Below, in pieces: positions 24,611 to 36,519 of a stretch of 64,000 nt of DNA. The stretch comes from Hyaloraphidium curvatum SAG 235-1. Its lineage: Eukaryota > Fungi > Monoblepharomycota. The stretch covers positions 620,001-684,000 of the forward strand of contig JAIVFI010000017.1 in NCBI GenBank assembly GCA_025558095.1, read 5' to 3'. A model generated the notes under the pieces. It did no database searches. It was not told the DNA's origin and saw only the letters and a program-made list of their open reading frames with translations. Each line of letters begins with the position of its first letter. Position 1 is the first letter of the stretch. The position numbers and the translations under genes are program-made.

Positions 24611-25712
24611 TCAGTCCCGCCGAACCTTGAATCGGGTGCCGACCTCCAGCTTCTCGAAAGACGCCGCAGTGTTGCCGACGGCGATGTCCCGCTCCCCTTT
24701 CGCGAAACCAGCGAACACGGAGGCCACGAACTCGTCCACGGGCATCTCGGCGAGCTTCCCCCGGTCTTCCGCCGACATTTTGTCGAATGCCAGGGTAGGT
24801 TGATGTTTGTGATCGTGCAGCTCGGATGCCACCAACGGCGGAAGGATCTCGATAACGTGGAGGTTAGGGAAGGGGTCAGAGAGCTGTTCTCGAATTGCGA
24901 GGATCAGGTGATGAAGAGCAGCCTGGGACACTCAGTCAGCACATCTATGGCCCTCGCGGGACCGCGAGAATAGGCCTACCTTGGTGGCACAGTAATTCGC
25001 ACACGCCGGCAATGGCACAAGGGCGAGACCGGACGTCACAACCGCGAGGTACGAGTCGGTGCCCGCCTTTGCGAGCCCTTGGAGGTGCGGGAGGAAATGA
25101 ACGATCATGTGGAGGAAAGAAGTATAGTTTGTGTCGACCTCGGCATCCAACTCGTCCAGGCTGATCGAAGAAGGGTCCAGGAAGTTGGTTTGCCGCTGGA
25201 AGAAGCACGAGAACGCGGATAAGTAAGCGCCGCATCCATCTCCTCCGAAGCGAATCACGGTCACCTGCAAGCCAGCGTTCAGGATGACAGCGTTGAGGTC
25301 CGGGTTCTCCTCGACGACCTTCTTGCACCACGGTCCCAACTCCGCGAGCCTGGAACCATCGAGAGGGTAGGCACGCACGCGGTCCCCGTACTTCGAGGTC
25401 ATTTCGTCCAGCCGCTCCTGCCTCCGGCCGGTGACAATGACCTTCGTCGTGGGCGCGACGAGGAAGGCCTCGGCGAGAGCGTAGCCCAATCCGGAGGTCG
25501 CCCCGTGAACTAGGACGGTGTTGAACTTGAACGGCTTGCCAAGAGGATATCTGGATCCAGTGGCACCCAGGAATAGCGCAGGTGTTGGCCATTCGAATGC
25601 GTCAGAACTTCTTGTCGCGCCGCGCTCGCCCAAGCGCTAACCGTTCGTAGTGGTGGGCCGCTTTCCGCGTCCCTGCCGAGGCAGGATCGCCACCGGCATT
25701 GCCCGAGGCCAT
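24611..25712 (-). CDS. Short-chain dehydrogenase/reductase (DltE-like)
   Basis: HGATSGLG, TGRR, LNAG, VTSGLA, YCATK|AALH and VIEILPPLV. First exon MASGNAGG...YE(R) is joined through a phase-2 intron. Confidence 0.85.
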
Positions 25713-25864
25713 GGCGGCGGTTGAGCGACCTCGACGGGGAAACTTTGTGAGGGACGTCGGAATCGGCTCCTCGCGTCGGTGTCGACGGACCAAAACACAT
25801 ATCTTTCTTCGCGCCGCCAGCAAGTACAGATACCGTCCAAGAACGCGTAGACGACAGAGATCGA

Positions 25865-26451
25865 CTAGAGCTTCGGCTTGTGGTCCACGAGAGGCGTCAG
25901 GAACTTCATCGGGCCGTTCGTGGTGTACTGGCCGAGCTTGCTGCCGACTGGCAGAAGAAGGCGAAATAGGTGAGACATGAACGAGCGAAAACAGTGAGCG
26001 GGCGCACGTTTGGCAAAGTGGGGTGACTTGAGGTGGGCAACGAACGCGTCGCGGTCCTTGTAGTGCTCGACCTGGTTGCGAGTTGAGGTTAGAGACGAAC
26101 CAGCGGCAGACAGCAAAGACCAACCATAAAGTACTTTTCGGGCTCCGTCCGGGAAGCCAGCTCCTTCGGGTTCTTCGCCTGCTGCGTCAAAGTGTAAGTG
26201 AGCATGCCTGGCTCCTTCTGTCCTCCGAGAATCGCGTCAGCGGACTTCGGCGCTCCAAAGTCATGTCGTTCCCACGAGCGACTCGGTCATGAGCTCCTTC
26301 ATGAGGGCCTCGAAAGCTTCCCTGAGAAGATGAAAGGGAACGAAGAGGAGAGAGGGGGGAACAGTCGGTTCAACGGCACACTGCGGTCCCGTGTGGCCAC
26401 CGACTTCTGCCCCGGCTTCACGCTCATCTCGGCAATGATCCAGAACGACAT
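25865..26451 (-). CDS. Antibiotic biosynthesis monooxygenase (ABM/LsrG-like) small protein
   Basis: Spliced sequence MSFWIIAEMSVKPGQK...EAFEALMKEL...KEPGMLTYTL...FM|VEHYKDRDAFVAHLKSPHFAK; ends in PKL. Confidence 0.8.
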
Positions 26452-27258
26452 TGTGACGCGCGCTTGGCGATGGGATAGTCTTTGGGTACGGGGAGCGCGT
26501 CCGACGTCCGTCCGAGCCGGCGCGCGGGAGACAGCGCGGCGTCGCGCAATCCCGGTGCCAGAACGAGACGGAAATGGTCAGGTCCGAGGCAGTCGTTCGA
26601 AATCGTTGGGCGTCCTCACGAGCTGCCGTGTAGTGCCGAACTCGCGGGATTGTCGGGACGGTTGATTTCGGCAGCCGATCGAACTTGCCACCGCACCCCG
26701 CGGACCAGAGGACCACAGTTGAGGACGCAGCATTCCTCATCACAAAGCAAGACGAATCCTATACTACGACCGCGACGTGTTTGTCTTCCAGATTCAGCTG
26801 CCTCGCCTATCTTCGGATCACCATCTCTCGCACAGATTGAAAGCGTTTTCACGGCGCAGATGTTCGACGCACCCTCAAAAGCAGCATCAGAGAATGTGGA
26901 TCGGAGGCGACTATCATTGAAGCAGAAGAAGCCACCCGTCGTCCGATAGCTGGCTGTGCTAACTGACTTGGCCACCGAGGGCCTGGGATCCTTGGGAGTT
27001 CCCGCTGCCGCCATCACGCCATTCGATTAATGCAGGGTAAGCGGATGCAAAGTCCCGTCGCGTCAGATTCATCCGACGTTCCGATGGACATGTGAGTGCG
27101 GGACCCTTTGCGGGTGGGGTCGGAGGCGGGGGTTCCTGCCCAGCCTTGAGGACCCTTAAGCGGGTCGGCCGACTTTCTTGACCGCCGCCCGCCTTCCTCG
27201 TCCAGCATCTGCGTCCACTTACCCTCGACTTCCCCTCCTCATCGACAAGGACGCGCAG

Positions 27259-29144
27259 ATGGACGCCAAGAACGCGTCGCCGGTGGAGAGCGGCGTCGGG
27301 ATCAACATCGGCGGCGTGACGGACGTGAGCCGGGGACGCTCGCGCGGTCGTTCCATTCGCTCACAGCAGCCCCCTGAATCCCCGTCGTTGGCCTCGCGCG
27401 ATCTTCATCGGCACCGCTGCCGTCTTTTCCGCCGCGGCTTTGGCGGCATTCGCGCTCTTTTGCCCGGCCGACCAATCCGTTCATCCCCCCCGCTATCTCG
27501 GCCATTGCAGGCCAAAGTCGCCGGCTATGACAAGTTCATGGACCAGGTGAGCAAGCGATGGCCCCGATCTCGGCGACACGTGTCTCATTCGAGCTCTTTC
27601 AGCTGCTCCACTCGTTCCCGGGCGGGAACATGGCCTCTAGCTCGATGCGCTTCTCCTGGGTCCGCTGGTCGGGATCCGTCCGTGGGTTCCTGCATCATAG
27701 GGCCCCTCTTTGGTGGTCGCTTATCTTGTTTCGCAGTGCCCCGGGTCTGGCTCACTGTGGTGTTCTGGACGCTGTATGCCACGGTGATCGTCCTCATCGC
27801 CGAGCTGACTGGGTGGCGGAACACCATGAGCGCGCCCAACACCGGCATCATCAACCTGATTGGTGGGTCTTGTGCTGCGGGCCTGCTCTGGTCCGGATCA
27901 GGCAGTAATCACAAGTCCAGGCTTCGCCGCCGCCCTGCTCCTCGGTTTCCGCACCAACAGCGCTTGTGCGTGATCCCCGTGCTCCCATTTCCGCCCACGC
28001 CTCACCTTCGCCCCGCAGACGAGCGCTGGTACGAAGGCCGGAAGCTCTTCGAGGTCGCCTGCGCCCGCGTGCGCGAGATCGTGCGCTATTGGACTATTTA
28101 CTTCCCGGCCACCACGGACGAGGACAAGGGGCTGCAGCTCGATGCCTGCCGCGCCGCGGTCGCCTACGTATACGCACTCATGTGTACGTTCCTCGCTCCC
28201 TGCGGGCGGTTCCAAACCGTGCTGATCGCCGGTGCTTTCACACAGACCACCTCCGCGACGAGGACCCGCTCGACCACCCGGACTGCTCGGACCTCATCCC
28301 CCGCACCAAGAACGGCAACCTGGCCATCGAGTCCGACAACCCCAACACGCCGCGCTACTACTTCGAACAGGCGCACCGGGTCGTCCAGATGTCCGGGATC
28401 AACCGCACCGCCGGGACCGTAGAGATCAAGAAGAACCTCACGTCCTTCAGGCTGCCGGGCACGTGGCGCAACCCGCAGACCTACGCCGTGCCGTCGCAGT
28501 TGATGGGGCTCATGTACAAGTACACCAAGGAGAAGGCCGGGATCGCGCAGACGGGCCTCTTCACCGACCTCGGCTACACTCAAATGTCTTTGGAGCGCAT
28601 CCTGTCGACTCCCATGGTGGGCTGCTGTGTCGCCACGACACGGTATCGCTCGCTGACACCGCCCCATCCAGCCCCCCGTTTACTCCATTCACCTCAAGAT
28701 GGTCCTCACGATCTACTTCGCCAGCATCCCCTTCCAGTTCCTGCAGTGGTCGTACTTCGGCATCCTCCTCATGGCCGTCACCGCCTTTGTCATGTGGGGC
28801 TTCGAGTCCATGGGCCTCGAGCTCGAGAACCCCTTCGGGTGCGCACCTCCGCCTCCTTGCCGCAGCCTGCGAAAGCTGATCTCCCCCACCCCGACAGCTA
28901 CGACGCCAACGACCTCCCCCTGACCGAGATCTGCGCCATGCTCCGCCGCGAGATCGACTTCCTCTTCGAGAACCCGGTGTCGGACCTCGCGGACTGGGAG
29001 GCCAAGGCGACGCGCACGACGGACGAGCAGCTCGAGGCCGAGATGGCGGCAGAGAACGGGCTCACGGCCGAGGACATGGCGAGGCTGGACAAGAGGATGG
29101 CGGGGATCGACGCCGAGGACGAGAAGAGGATGAAAGCGCAGTGA
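27259..29144 (+). CDS. Bestrophin / UPF0187 family anion channel, multi-exon
   Basis: LLLGFRTNSA|.ERWYEGRK, LERILSTPM|..YSIHL and MGLELENPFG|YDANDLPL, with TM segments. Confidence 0.9.
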
Positions 29145-30111
29145 GCGTTGGGGACGGCAGGAGACCGACACGAACTTGGACTGCGCGGGGAACGCGCGCC
29201 GACGGATCGCATATAGAGAAGGGTGGACAAGCGGATTGTGCACTACCAGGGAGTACCAAGCATGTAAGCATGTAATGTAGGAAACCAACAGTGATCTCAT
29301 CTGGGCACGGGCTTGGAGGACGTTGGAATGCCTCGATTTATGGCGCGTAAGCCCAAGGCCAGATCTGGTTTGGAGGAAGATTGCGTTCGGGGCGTCCCGA
29401 ACCCTCCGCCACCCGCTGCGCCACGTCCAGAAGATCCGATGTTCCGGAGACGTTCCGCGCAGCCCCGCCCCAGCAAGGACGGAAATCTTGACGAAACCAC
29501 ATGCAGGGTGTAAGGGAGGGAGGAATCCGGGCCAGGTCGGTCGGCATTGGTCGGGGGGCAGGGCTTCGCTTTTCGTGTACATTGGTCCTCCAAATCACCG
29601 GCCTGAATTCTCCCGCACCCGAGGGGAATGCCAGTACCGCACCCCTCGCCACCATCTCTCACCATCGGCGATGGATATCTCCGATCTGCTGTGGAGGATC
29701 GTCGGCGGGCTCACGACGAGGTGAACCAGAAGGCTGGGCCGCCGGCGAGCAGGCGACGGCCGCCGCGCGGAAGCGCCGCCGCATCATTCTCAACCGAAGC
29801 GAACATCCGAAGCCAACATCGCACACGGAGGAGAATACTTCGTTCCTGTCGGACTGGCGTCAAGTCGTCTTACTTTATGGCTGCCCGGGGCTCGAGGCTC
29901 CCGATCGATACAAACGGACAGATACTCAGAACAAATGTACTGGAGAAGTTCGATGGATGATGTTATTCAGTTCGCTAGGCCGCCGACGGCATTGCGCAGC
30001 AGCTCGGACGCCAACGGCGGCCCAACGTCGAAAGATCGACCCAAATCCGCAGCCCCGCAAAGTCCCAAAGCAGGTCTCAAGTGTCCGCCCTGCGTCCGCC
30101 GCCAGGATCCC

Positions 30112-30783
30112 TCACACGACCGCCCAGACTATCCTCTCCTCCCCGACGACAAGCACCACCGCCTCCCCCTCCGGATCGTACAGCTCCACCGCCTCGAAGA
30201 ACCTGCCCGCGACCTGCGGCAGCCTCTCGCGCGGGACGAACTCGGCGTGCTCGACGGCGGGCGCGGGCAGCGACGAGAAAGGCACGCGGAGGGCACCGCG
30301 GCCGTGCACGGCGTAAGAGGAGCGCGCGAGGGCTCGGAGGGGGGGAGGGAGGGAGAGGAGGAGCTGGGAGAATGGGTCGGCGGCGTCGTAGGAGCTGTTT
30401 GTGGCGGAATACGAGTAAGACGACAACTGCGGAGTTTCGGGCGAGGAGGCGACCCACCCCTGCCCGCCGGACGAAAGCAGCGCAGTCACGACTGCCTCCA
30501 GCCGCTCCCTGGGCGCCACCAGCCTGATTCGCTCCTCCCTTTCCCGGGCCATCTCGGTCGCCCGCCGCGTCGGCATCCGCCAGCTGGCTTCGGAAGCGCC
30601 CTCTGCCGCCCCGGCGATGTCCCGCCGCATCTCCCACGCGAGCCCCTCGACCTTGCAGCGCTCCGAGCAGTACCCGTCGGCGAGCGAGCCGCGGCGGCGG
30701 TTCGGCGACGACTGCGCGGGGAACAGCGAGCGCAGGCACGCCGGGTTGGCGCACGCGCGCGGCGGCGGGATGAGCGACGCCAT
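30112..30783 (-). CDS. Hypothetical protein with an N-terminal Cys4 zinc-finger-like motif
   Basis: MASLIPPPRACANPAC...YCSERC; C-terminal HGRGALRV...VELYDPEGEAVVLV; single ORF. Confidence 0.55.
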   Translation of the reverse strand: MASLIPPPRACANPACLRSLFPAQSSPNRRRGSLADGYCSERCKVEGLAWEMRRDIAGAAEGASEASWRMPTRRATEMAREREERIRLVAPRERLEAVVTALLSSGGQGWVASSPETPQLSSYSYSATNSSYDAADPFSQLLLSLPPPLRALARSSYAVHGRGALRVPFSSLPAPAVEHAEFVPRERLPQVAGRFFEAVELYDPEGEAVVLVVGEERIVWAVV

Positions 30784-31276
30784 GCCGGGCGGAATCGGGC
30801 GTTCGAAGCGGGGCGGGCGGGAAACGGGGGCCGCTCGGTGCGGGGCCTCGGGGGAGGGTCGGGAGTCGGGAGCAAGGTCGGAAGGCGGACCGTGCGGAAC
30901 GAGGGCAAGCCGGGACGCGTGCGTCACCGGTCGCGGCGCCCGCCTCGGACGGCACTCCACGGCAGGACAGCGCGCCCGCGGTCGGACCGGGGCATGCACT
31001 GCCGCCCCGTTTCCCATCCGCGCAACTCCGGGGCCCGCGGGCGGGTTGACCGGTCGCGGGCGGCGGGGGTGTGGCACGCCGGCCACCACGGTGACGAGGA
31101 GATACTCGGGCTTCGCCCGCCTAGTGTTGTGCATCACCCTCCGGCTCGCCGGCCCGGCCACTACTCGCTCGCTCGCTACCCGCGCACGCATCCGTCGACG
31201 TCCGCCGCGCGATCGGCCCGTCCCCGCGGATAAACGGGCGCGCCCGCCCGTGCTTCCGCACGCACCTCGAACGGCG

Positions 31277-32941
31277 CTAGGAAGCGTGCTTCGCATGGCA
31301 CCGCCCGAGCACCCCCACGTCCCCCGCGAACGCGCGCCACACGGCGTCCAGCGGCCTCGACACCCTCCACCTCCTCCCGCCCTCCTCCACCGCATCTGGC
31401 ACCGCGTCCCCGGCCGTGCCCCCCGCCGGCGGCGCGATCCCGTCCCACGGCTTCCCGGCGTTGTCGAAGTGCGCCGCCGCGGCGTCCAGCACCGCCGCGG
31501 CCATCGCCGCCGGCCGCGGGCGCGAGCCAAAGGCCGGGGTGCCCCAGCGCGGGTGAATGGCGACGCACAGGCCCGTCGCGGCGACGTTGGTGGCGTAGGC
31601 GGTGGCGGAGAGGAAGGGCGGCCAGACGCCCGCGGGGAGGGCGGACTGCAGGAGGAGCAGGGCGGAGAGGCGCGCGGGGTAGCGGTGCCGGCGGGCGGAG
31701 CAGCCGTGGAAGAAGGAGATGCCGCCGCCGTTGACGGCGTCCTCCCACCAGACGTCGGAGCCGTTGGTGCCGCCCGAGCCGGACATGGCGGTGGCGATCG
31801 TGAGGGCGGATTCGATGCGGCTGCGCATGGCGGGGCCGACGGCGGAGGAGGCGGGGAGGGCGGTGGTGGACTCGGCGACGGGGAAGGGGTGGCGGGCGAG
31901 CGTGGGCACGGGGGCAAAGTGCGCGGGGTCGGCGCCGTTGGGGAGGAGGTGCGTGGCGGCGCCGGGGAAGGGCGCGTCCCGCGCGGGGTCGCGGAAGAGG
32001 ACGACGTCCGTGTCGACGAGGAGGAAGACGTCGCAGCCGAGCTCGGGGAACAGGTGCAGGGCAAAGATGCGCGCGAAGCCCGAGGCCGAGCGGACGATGC
32101 GCGCCTTGAAGGACGCCTCCCGGTCGGCCAGGAAGTGCGGGGCGATATCGGCGACGCGGCGAATGGTGAGCGCGCCGTCGGCGGTGCGGATGGAGGCGAG
32201 GTCGGCCACGAGGGGGTCCGCGGGCAGCTGCGCAATGTCGGGGCCGACGAACGGGAAGACGGAGCGGGCGGCGGCGTCCGCGCGGCCGGCGTCGACCACG
32301 CCCGCGCAGACGAGGAACGCGAGCAGCTCCTCGGGGTCGCCGTCGTAGCCGAGGAAGAAGCGCGGCGGGCCGTTGGAGGCGGCGTTGCGCGCGGCGCTGC
32401 GCATCAGCGCGGGCAGCCCGAGGCGGTGCGGGCCCCGGTCGGCGAAGGCGACCACGTTCAGCGGGCGCGCGTACGGCCGCTCGCCGGCCCTCACGGACGG
32501 CGCCGCGGCGCACGGGTCCCCCGCGTCCCCCGGCGGGGACGCCACGGGGTCGTCGGCGGGCGCGGGCGAGCAGCCCGGCATCAGCGGGTTGGTGGCGGCG
32601 GCGGCGAGGGCTGCGCGCTGCTTCAGCCGCTGGCGCTCGGCGCTCGCGGACGGCGGGCGGGCGCGCGCGGCGGCGGCGGCGAGGGCGCTGAGCTCCGCGG
32701 CGTCGAACGGCTGCGGCGGCGGCGCGGCGGCGAACTGCGCGCGCGCGGCACCCACGAGCTCGGGCGGCGCGGGCGCCACCGGCGGCGACGCGAAGCCGTC
32801 GTCGGCGCGGCCGTCGAGCAGCACGTCCGCCGCCAGCGCGACGAGCGCGTCGCCGCGCGGGGGGTGCCGCGGCAGCGCCCCGAGCGCCGCGCACAGCAGG
32901 AAGCCGGCACACGCCGCGAGCGCGGTCCGGGCGCGCGACAT
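31277..32941 (-). CDS. Secretory-pathway GT-A glycosyltransferase, GT8-like
   Basis: N-terminal hydrophobic anchor (ALAACAGFLLCAALGAL), Pro/Ala stem, LMRSAARNAS, and SGFARIFALHLFPELGCDVFLLVDTDVVLFRD (DxD in a GT8 context); no introns evident. Confidence 0.65.
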   Translation of the reverse strand: MSRARTALAACAGFLLCAALGALPRHPPRGDALVALAADVLLDGRADDGFASPPVAPAPPELVGAARAQFAAAPPPQPFDAAELSALAAAAARARPPSASAERQRLKQRAALAAAATNPLMPGCSPAPADDPVASPPGDAGDPCAAAPSVRAGERPYARPLNVVAFADRGPHRLGLPALMRSAARNAASNGPPRFFLGYDGDPEELLAFLVCAGVVDAGRADAAARSVFPFVGPDIAQLPADPLVADLASIRTADGALTIRRVADIAPHFLADREASFKARIVRSASGFARIFALHLFPELGCDVFLLVDTDVVLFRDPARDAPFPGAATHLLPNGADPAHFAPVPTLARHPFPVAESTTALPASSAVGPAMRSRIESALTIATAMSGSGGTNGSDVWWEDAVNGGGISFFHGCSARRHRYPARLSALLLLQSALPAGVWPPFLSATAYATNVAATGLCVAIHPRWGTPAFGSRPRPAAMAAAVLDAAAAHFDNAGKPWDGIAPPAGGTAGDAVPDAVEEGGRRWRVSRPLDAVWRAFAGDVGVLGRCHAKHAS

Positions 32942-33077
32942 CCCCAGCCACGCTCGCGGGGGGAGCGGGAGGGGGAGGGGGAGTCTGTCCCCACTGACGT
33001 CATCGGGCTGGTGTGGGTCCTGGGCCCCCACCGCAGCCCCACGCGCCGCAGCCCCCGCCGAGCGGTTCCGTGGGGCC

Positions 33078-34544
33078 ATGCGGGCGCTGGTCCGCGGGGC
33101 CGTCGCGGGCGCCGCGCTCTGCGCCGCCGCGGTGTGCGCCGCCGTGGCCGGCGAGGCCCGCGGGTGGGCGCCGCGCCCGCCGCCAGCGCTCGCGCCGCTG
33201 CTGCGCGGCCCCGTCGATGCCGCGGCGCTCGGGCGCGGGGCGCCGCGCGCGCAGCTGATCGCGGCGTTCGCGTTCGAGGGCCCCGCGCGTGCGCGCCCCC
33301 TCCGCGCACGCCCCGCGTTCCGGCACTGCCTCGTCGTCGCCGACGTCGCGCACGGCAACCGCTCCGGCCCGTCCAACCAGCTGCTGGCCGTCGTGCGGCT
33401 GGCCGTGCTCGCGCGCGACCTGCTCGGCTGTCGGCTGGCCGAGCCCGCGCTGGGCAGGCCGACGCGGTGGGGCGCCCCCGCGGTGCCGGCGTCGGCGCTG
33501 CTCGAGACGGACGGTGGCGCGTGGGCGCTGGCGGACGGCACGCCGCTCTTTGTCGGGCGCGACGAGGGGCTGCGGCTGGGCCTGCACCCCGCGTGGCTGC
33601 CGCCGCCGCCGGCAACCGCAGATGGCCCGCCGCCGGGGCGCCCGGCCGCCGCAGAGGACCCGCCGCCGGGCATCGCCTGCGCCATCACGCCCACCATCGC
33701 CCTGCTCACGCCGCCGGCCGACTACCCGCCGGCCATCCGCTGCTCCTCGGCGACCGCCGCGTGGGACCGCCCGGGCTGGGACGCGGACCTGCTCGCCGAC
33801 GCCCGGCGGACGCACGCCCCCGGCGGCCTCGCCGTCGTCGGCGTCCCCGTGCCCATGTTCTTCCACACCGCCTTTGCCCCCGACGACCCCGCCGCGGCCC
33901 GGCCCGTCTGGCACCTCAACGCCGCCCCGGAGCACCCGCGCTCGGTCCTCGCCCCGCGGCCGTTCCTGCGCGACCTCGCCCGCGCCTGGCTGGCCAACCT
34001 CACCGGGCTCGCCGTCCCTCCTTCCCGCGGCGGCGGCCCCTGCCCCGACCTGCCGTACGCCGCCGTGCACTCGCGCGCCGCCCCGTCCTACGCGCAGCTG
34101 TGCGCCGAGATCCCCGAGGTCCCCTGCGGCACCACCACCGCCGCCTCCGCCCTCGCCGCCTCGCAGCTCGCCTGCCGCCACCCGCTCGTCCTCATCGGCA
34201 GCGACACCCCCTCCGGCCTCGCCCGCGCCGCCCTCGCCGCCGCATCCGCCCTCTGCCCTTCCCCGGCGCGCATCGTCGACCTCCCATCGCAGCACCACCC
34301 GTCCATCCTCCCCTTCCTGCGCGGCCTCGTCCCCGCGCCTCCGCTGCTCGCCGCGGGCCCGCGCGACGCCGAAGCGCTCGCGCTCTACTCGGCGACGCAG
34401 CTGCTCATGGCGTGCGCGGACGAGTTCGCGGGCACGGCGAGGAGCACCTTCTCGGAGCGGGTCAGGGGACTCAGGGGGTGGCTGGGGAAGGGAGGCGTGG
34501 CGGAGCTGCCGCCGCTGAGGTTCGGGGGGCCGGACGGCGGGTGA
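33078..34544 (+). CDS. GDP-fucose protein O-fucosyltransferase-like (GT-B, PF10250-type)
   Basis: Type II anchor, SGPSNQL (GxxNQ), YAAVHSR (HxR), LIGSD and QLLMACADEFAGTARSTFSERVRGLR (GTxxSTFS); no introns evident. Confidence 0.72.
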   Translation: MRALVRGAVAGAALCAAAVCAAVAGEARGWAPRPPPALAPLLRGPVDAAALGRGAPRAQLIAAFAFEGPARARPLRARPAFRHCLVVADVAHGNRSGPSNQLLAVVRLAVLARDLLGCRLAEPALGRPTRWGAPAVPASALLETDGGAWALADGTPLFVGRDEGLRLGLHPAWLPPPPATADGPPPGRPAAAEDPPPGIACAITPTIALLTPPADYPPAIRCSSATAAWDRPGWDADLLADARRTHAPGGLAVVGVPVPMFFHTAFAPDDPAAARPVWHLNAAPEHPRSVLAPRPFLRDLARAWLANLTGLAVPPSRGGGPCPDLPYAAVHSRAAPSYAQLCAEIPEVPCGTTTAASALAASQLACRHPLVLIGSDTPSGLARAALAAASALCPSPARIVDLPSQHHPSILPFLRGLVPAPPLLAAGPRDAEALALYSATQLLMACADEFAGTARSTFSERVRGLRGWLGKGGVAELPPLRFGGPDGG

Positions 34545-34650
34545 CGTGCGCTCCCCGTCCGCGGGGACCCGATCGTGCGGCGCAGGGCCCGCCGCTTTTC
34601 CCCGCCGCCGCCCCGCGTGCCGGCTGTGCCGCGGAGCGGACCTGCGAACG

Positions 34651-34697
34651 CCGGCGGGCAGCCCCGCGCCGGCGGGCAGCCCTGCGCCGGCGGGCAC
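34651..34697. repeat. Intergenic 18-bp tandem repeat (CCGGCGGGCAGCCCYGCG, ~2.6 copies)
   Basis: Visible directly between two convergent genes. Confidence 0.7.
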
Positions 34698-34900
34698 GCG
34701 GCCGCCGAGCGCGCGGCGCGGGGGTCGGACCCGGGGCGGAACTCCGCAACGGTAGCCTGGGACGGGCGGCGGATGGAAGGGACGAAGGCGAATTCCGCCC
34801 CGAAACTCCGTCGCCCTTTTCACTCGTCGAGAGAGACCGCCTCAAAATACAACCCCGGACTCCCTTCCGCGCCAACTCCGCCCGTCCGCCCGCCCCGCCT

Positions 34901-36301
34901 TCACGCCAACACCTCCGCCACCACCAACCCTCCCCTCTCCGCCCTCAACCTCCGCACCATCCCCGCCATGGCCTCGTACACCACCATCACCCTGATCACC
35001 TCCAGCCCCGGCAAGCTCAGCAGCGCGTCGCCGACGGCCTCCCAGCTCGTCGTTCCCAGCTCTTTGCCGACCCTCCGCAGCTCGACCTCGCGCAGCCGCG
35101 AGAGGCCCGCGGGCGGGGGGCGGGGGAACCACCTGAAGAAGCCGGGCTTGGCGGCGAGCTTTTCCAGGCGGGTCTGTGGGAGCAAGAAGGCGAGCGGGAC
35201 GGAGGCGTGGGTGCCCGCGGCTTCGAGGAACGCGAGGCGCAGGAGGGAGGTGGGCGCGGAGGAGCGCAGCCGCGAGACGGCGCCCGGATCGCGGGGGAAC
35301 CAGCACGAATCCAGCGCGAGGTCCTCCAGCGCGGGGTTGTGCGCGAGGAGGGTGCAGAATGCGTCGTGGGCCGAGAGGAGGTCCACGGATTTAAGGTGCA
35401 GCACGCGGAGGGAGGAGGAGGGGAAGGAGGGGAGCCACATGAAGTTGCGGAGGGAGGTGGTGGCGCGGTCGATCTCGAGGCGGACGAGGCGGGTGGTGGC
35501 GGGTGCCAGAGCGGCGGGGGCGTCGTCCGATTGGGCGGCGTGGAGATTGGCAAGGCGCAGCCCCTCGAGCGCGCCGGGGTCGCGGAGCGAGAAGAGCGTT
35601 TCCAGGTCGTCCAGGCACAGGGGGCGCTCCCTGTTGTCCTGCAGCTGCAGGGTGCGCAGGCCAGGAGGGATGGCCGGGAGGAGCAGCGCGGCGCCGTCGT
35701 CCGTTTTGGGCGCGGCCACCGAGAGGGACGCCAGGTGCGGCCAGTTCCGCAGCATCCCGGCCGCCGCGGCGTCCGGCACGTGGTCGTTGAACAGATGCGG
35801 CACGTTGGAGGCCCGCAGTCCGTCCAAGATAATCGTCCATGCCCCGGGACTTGCTCGAAACGTCCGCGCGAAAGAGACCGTCCTCAACCCTCTGCACCTC
35901 TTCAGCGCCTCGGCCGCCCTCCCGACGTTGTCCTCCGACACTCCGATCACCGCGTGCCGCACGAACGACGCGTAGAGCTCCCCTCTTGGCCCTTCCAGCG
36001 CCGGCAGCACCGGGTCCCTCAGGTTCAGGTGCGCCCACAGCAGCTCCGCGCATGCCGCGTGCCACGAAGCGTCCAGCGCGATCAGATTGAAGAGGGATTT
36101 GCGGTCGGAGGGGCGGCAGCGGCACAGGAGGATGTCGGACCACGCGGTGCAGCGGCACGCGCGGGACGCGCGGCGGACGACGCGGCGGACGAGCTCGAGG
36201 AGCAGCCGGGGGCGCGGGCGCGGAGAGGAGGGGGGCGGCGGCGCGTCCGCCTCGTCCGCATCGCTTTCCGCGGCGCCATCGAGGTCCGGTTCGGAGGACA
36301 T
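34901..36301 (-). CDS. F-box-like / RNI-type leucine-rich-repeat protein
   Basis: SLFNLIALDASWHAACAELLWAHL followed by repeated LxxLxL units (LRTVSF, LASLSV, LRTLQL, LEGLRL, LRVLHL, LEDLAL, LREVEL). Confidence 0.7.
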   Translation of the reverse strand: MSSEPDLDGAAESDADEADAPPPPSSPRPRPRLLLELVRRVVRRASRACRCTAWSDILLCRCRPSDRKSLFNLIALDASWHAACAELLWAHLNLRDPVLPALEGPRGELYASFVRHAVIGVSEDNVGRAAEALKRCRGLRTVSFARTFRASPGAWTIILDGLRASNVPHLFNDHVPDAAAAGMLRNWPHLASLSVAAPKTDDGAALLLPAIPPGLRTLQLQDNRERPLCLDDLETLFSLRDPGALEGLRLANLHAAQSDDAPAALAPATTRLVRLEIDRATTSLRNFMWLPSFPSSSLRVLHLKSVDLLSAHDAFCTLLAHNPALEDLALDSCWFPRDPGAVSRLRSSAPTSLLRLAFLEAAGTHASVPLAFLLPQTRLEKLAAKPGFFRWFPRPPPAGLSRLREVELRRVGKELGTTSWEAVGDALLSLPGLEVIRVMVVYEAMAGMVRRLRAERGGLVVAEVLA

Positions 36302-36519
36302 TGTGGCGAATGGTAAAGCGGGGGCGACGCCGCTTCCTCTGCAGCGATGCGCATCACCATTCGTTGCGTCTTCTGACCATGGAAGGCTATTATTGATGCT
36401 ATTGGATCTTGTCAGACTGTCTTCGAAACAATATGAGGAAGGGTGAAGCATGCAGACCCTGTATCTCCAAGAGTCTCCTCAAACTCCGCCTTCGGACGGC
36501 AGCAACCCAGGCCGCCCGA

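Noticed and set aside
34651-34697. Short tandem repeat as a CRISPR-like array
   Set aside because: The units are contiguous without spacers, the context is eukaryotic, and no cas genes are present.
30617-36316. 1899-aa ORF and other very long Arg/Ala/Gly/Pro-rich ORFs
   Set aside because: These are shadow frames caused by extreme GC content; they overlap real genes in other frames and contain no motifs.
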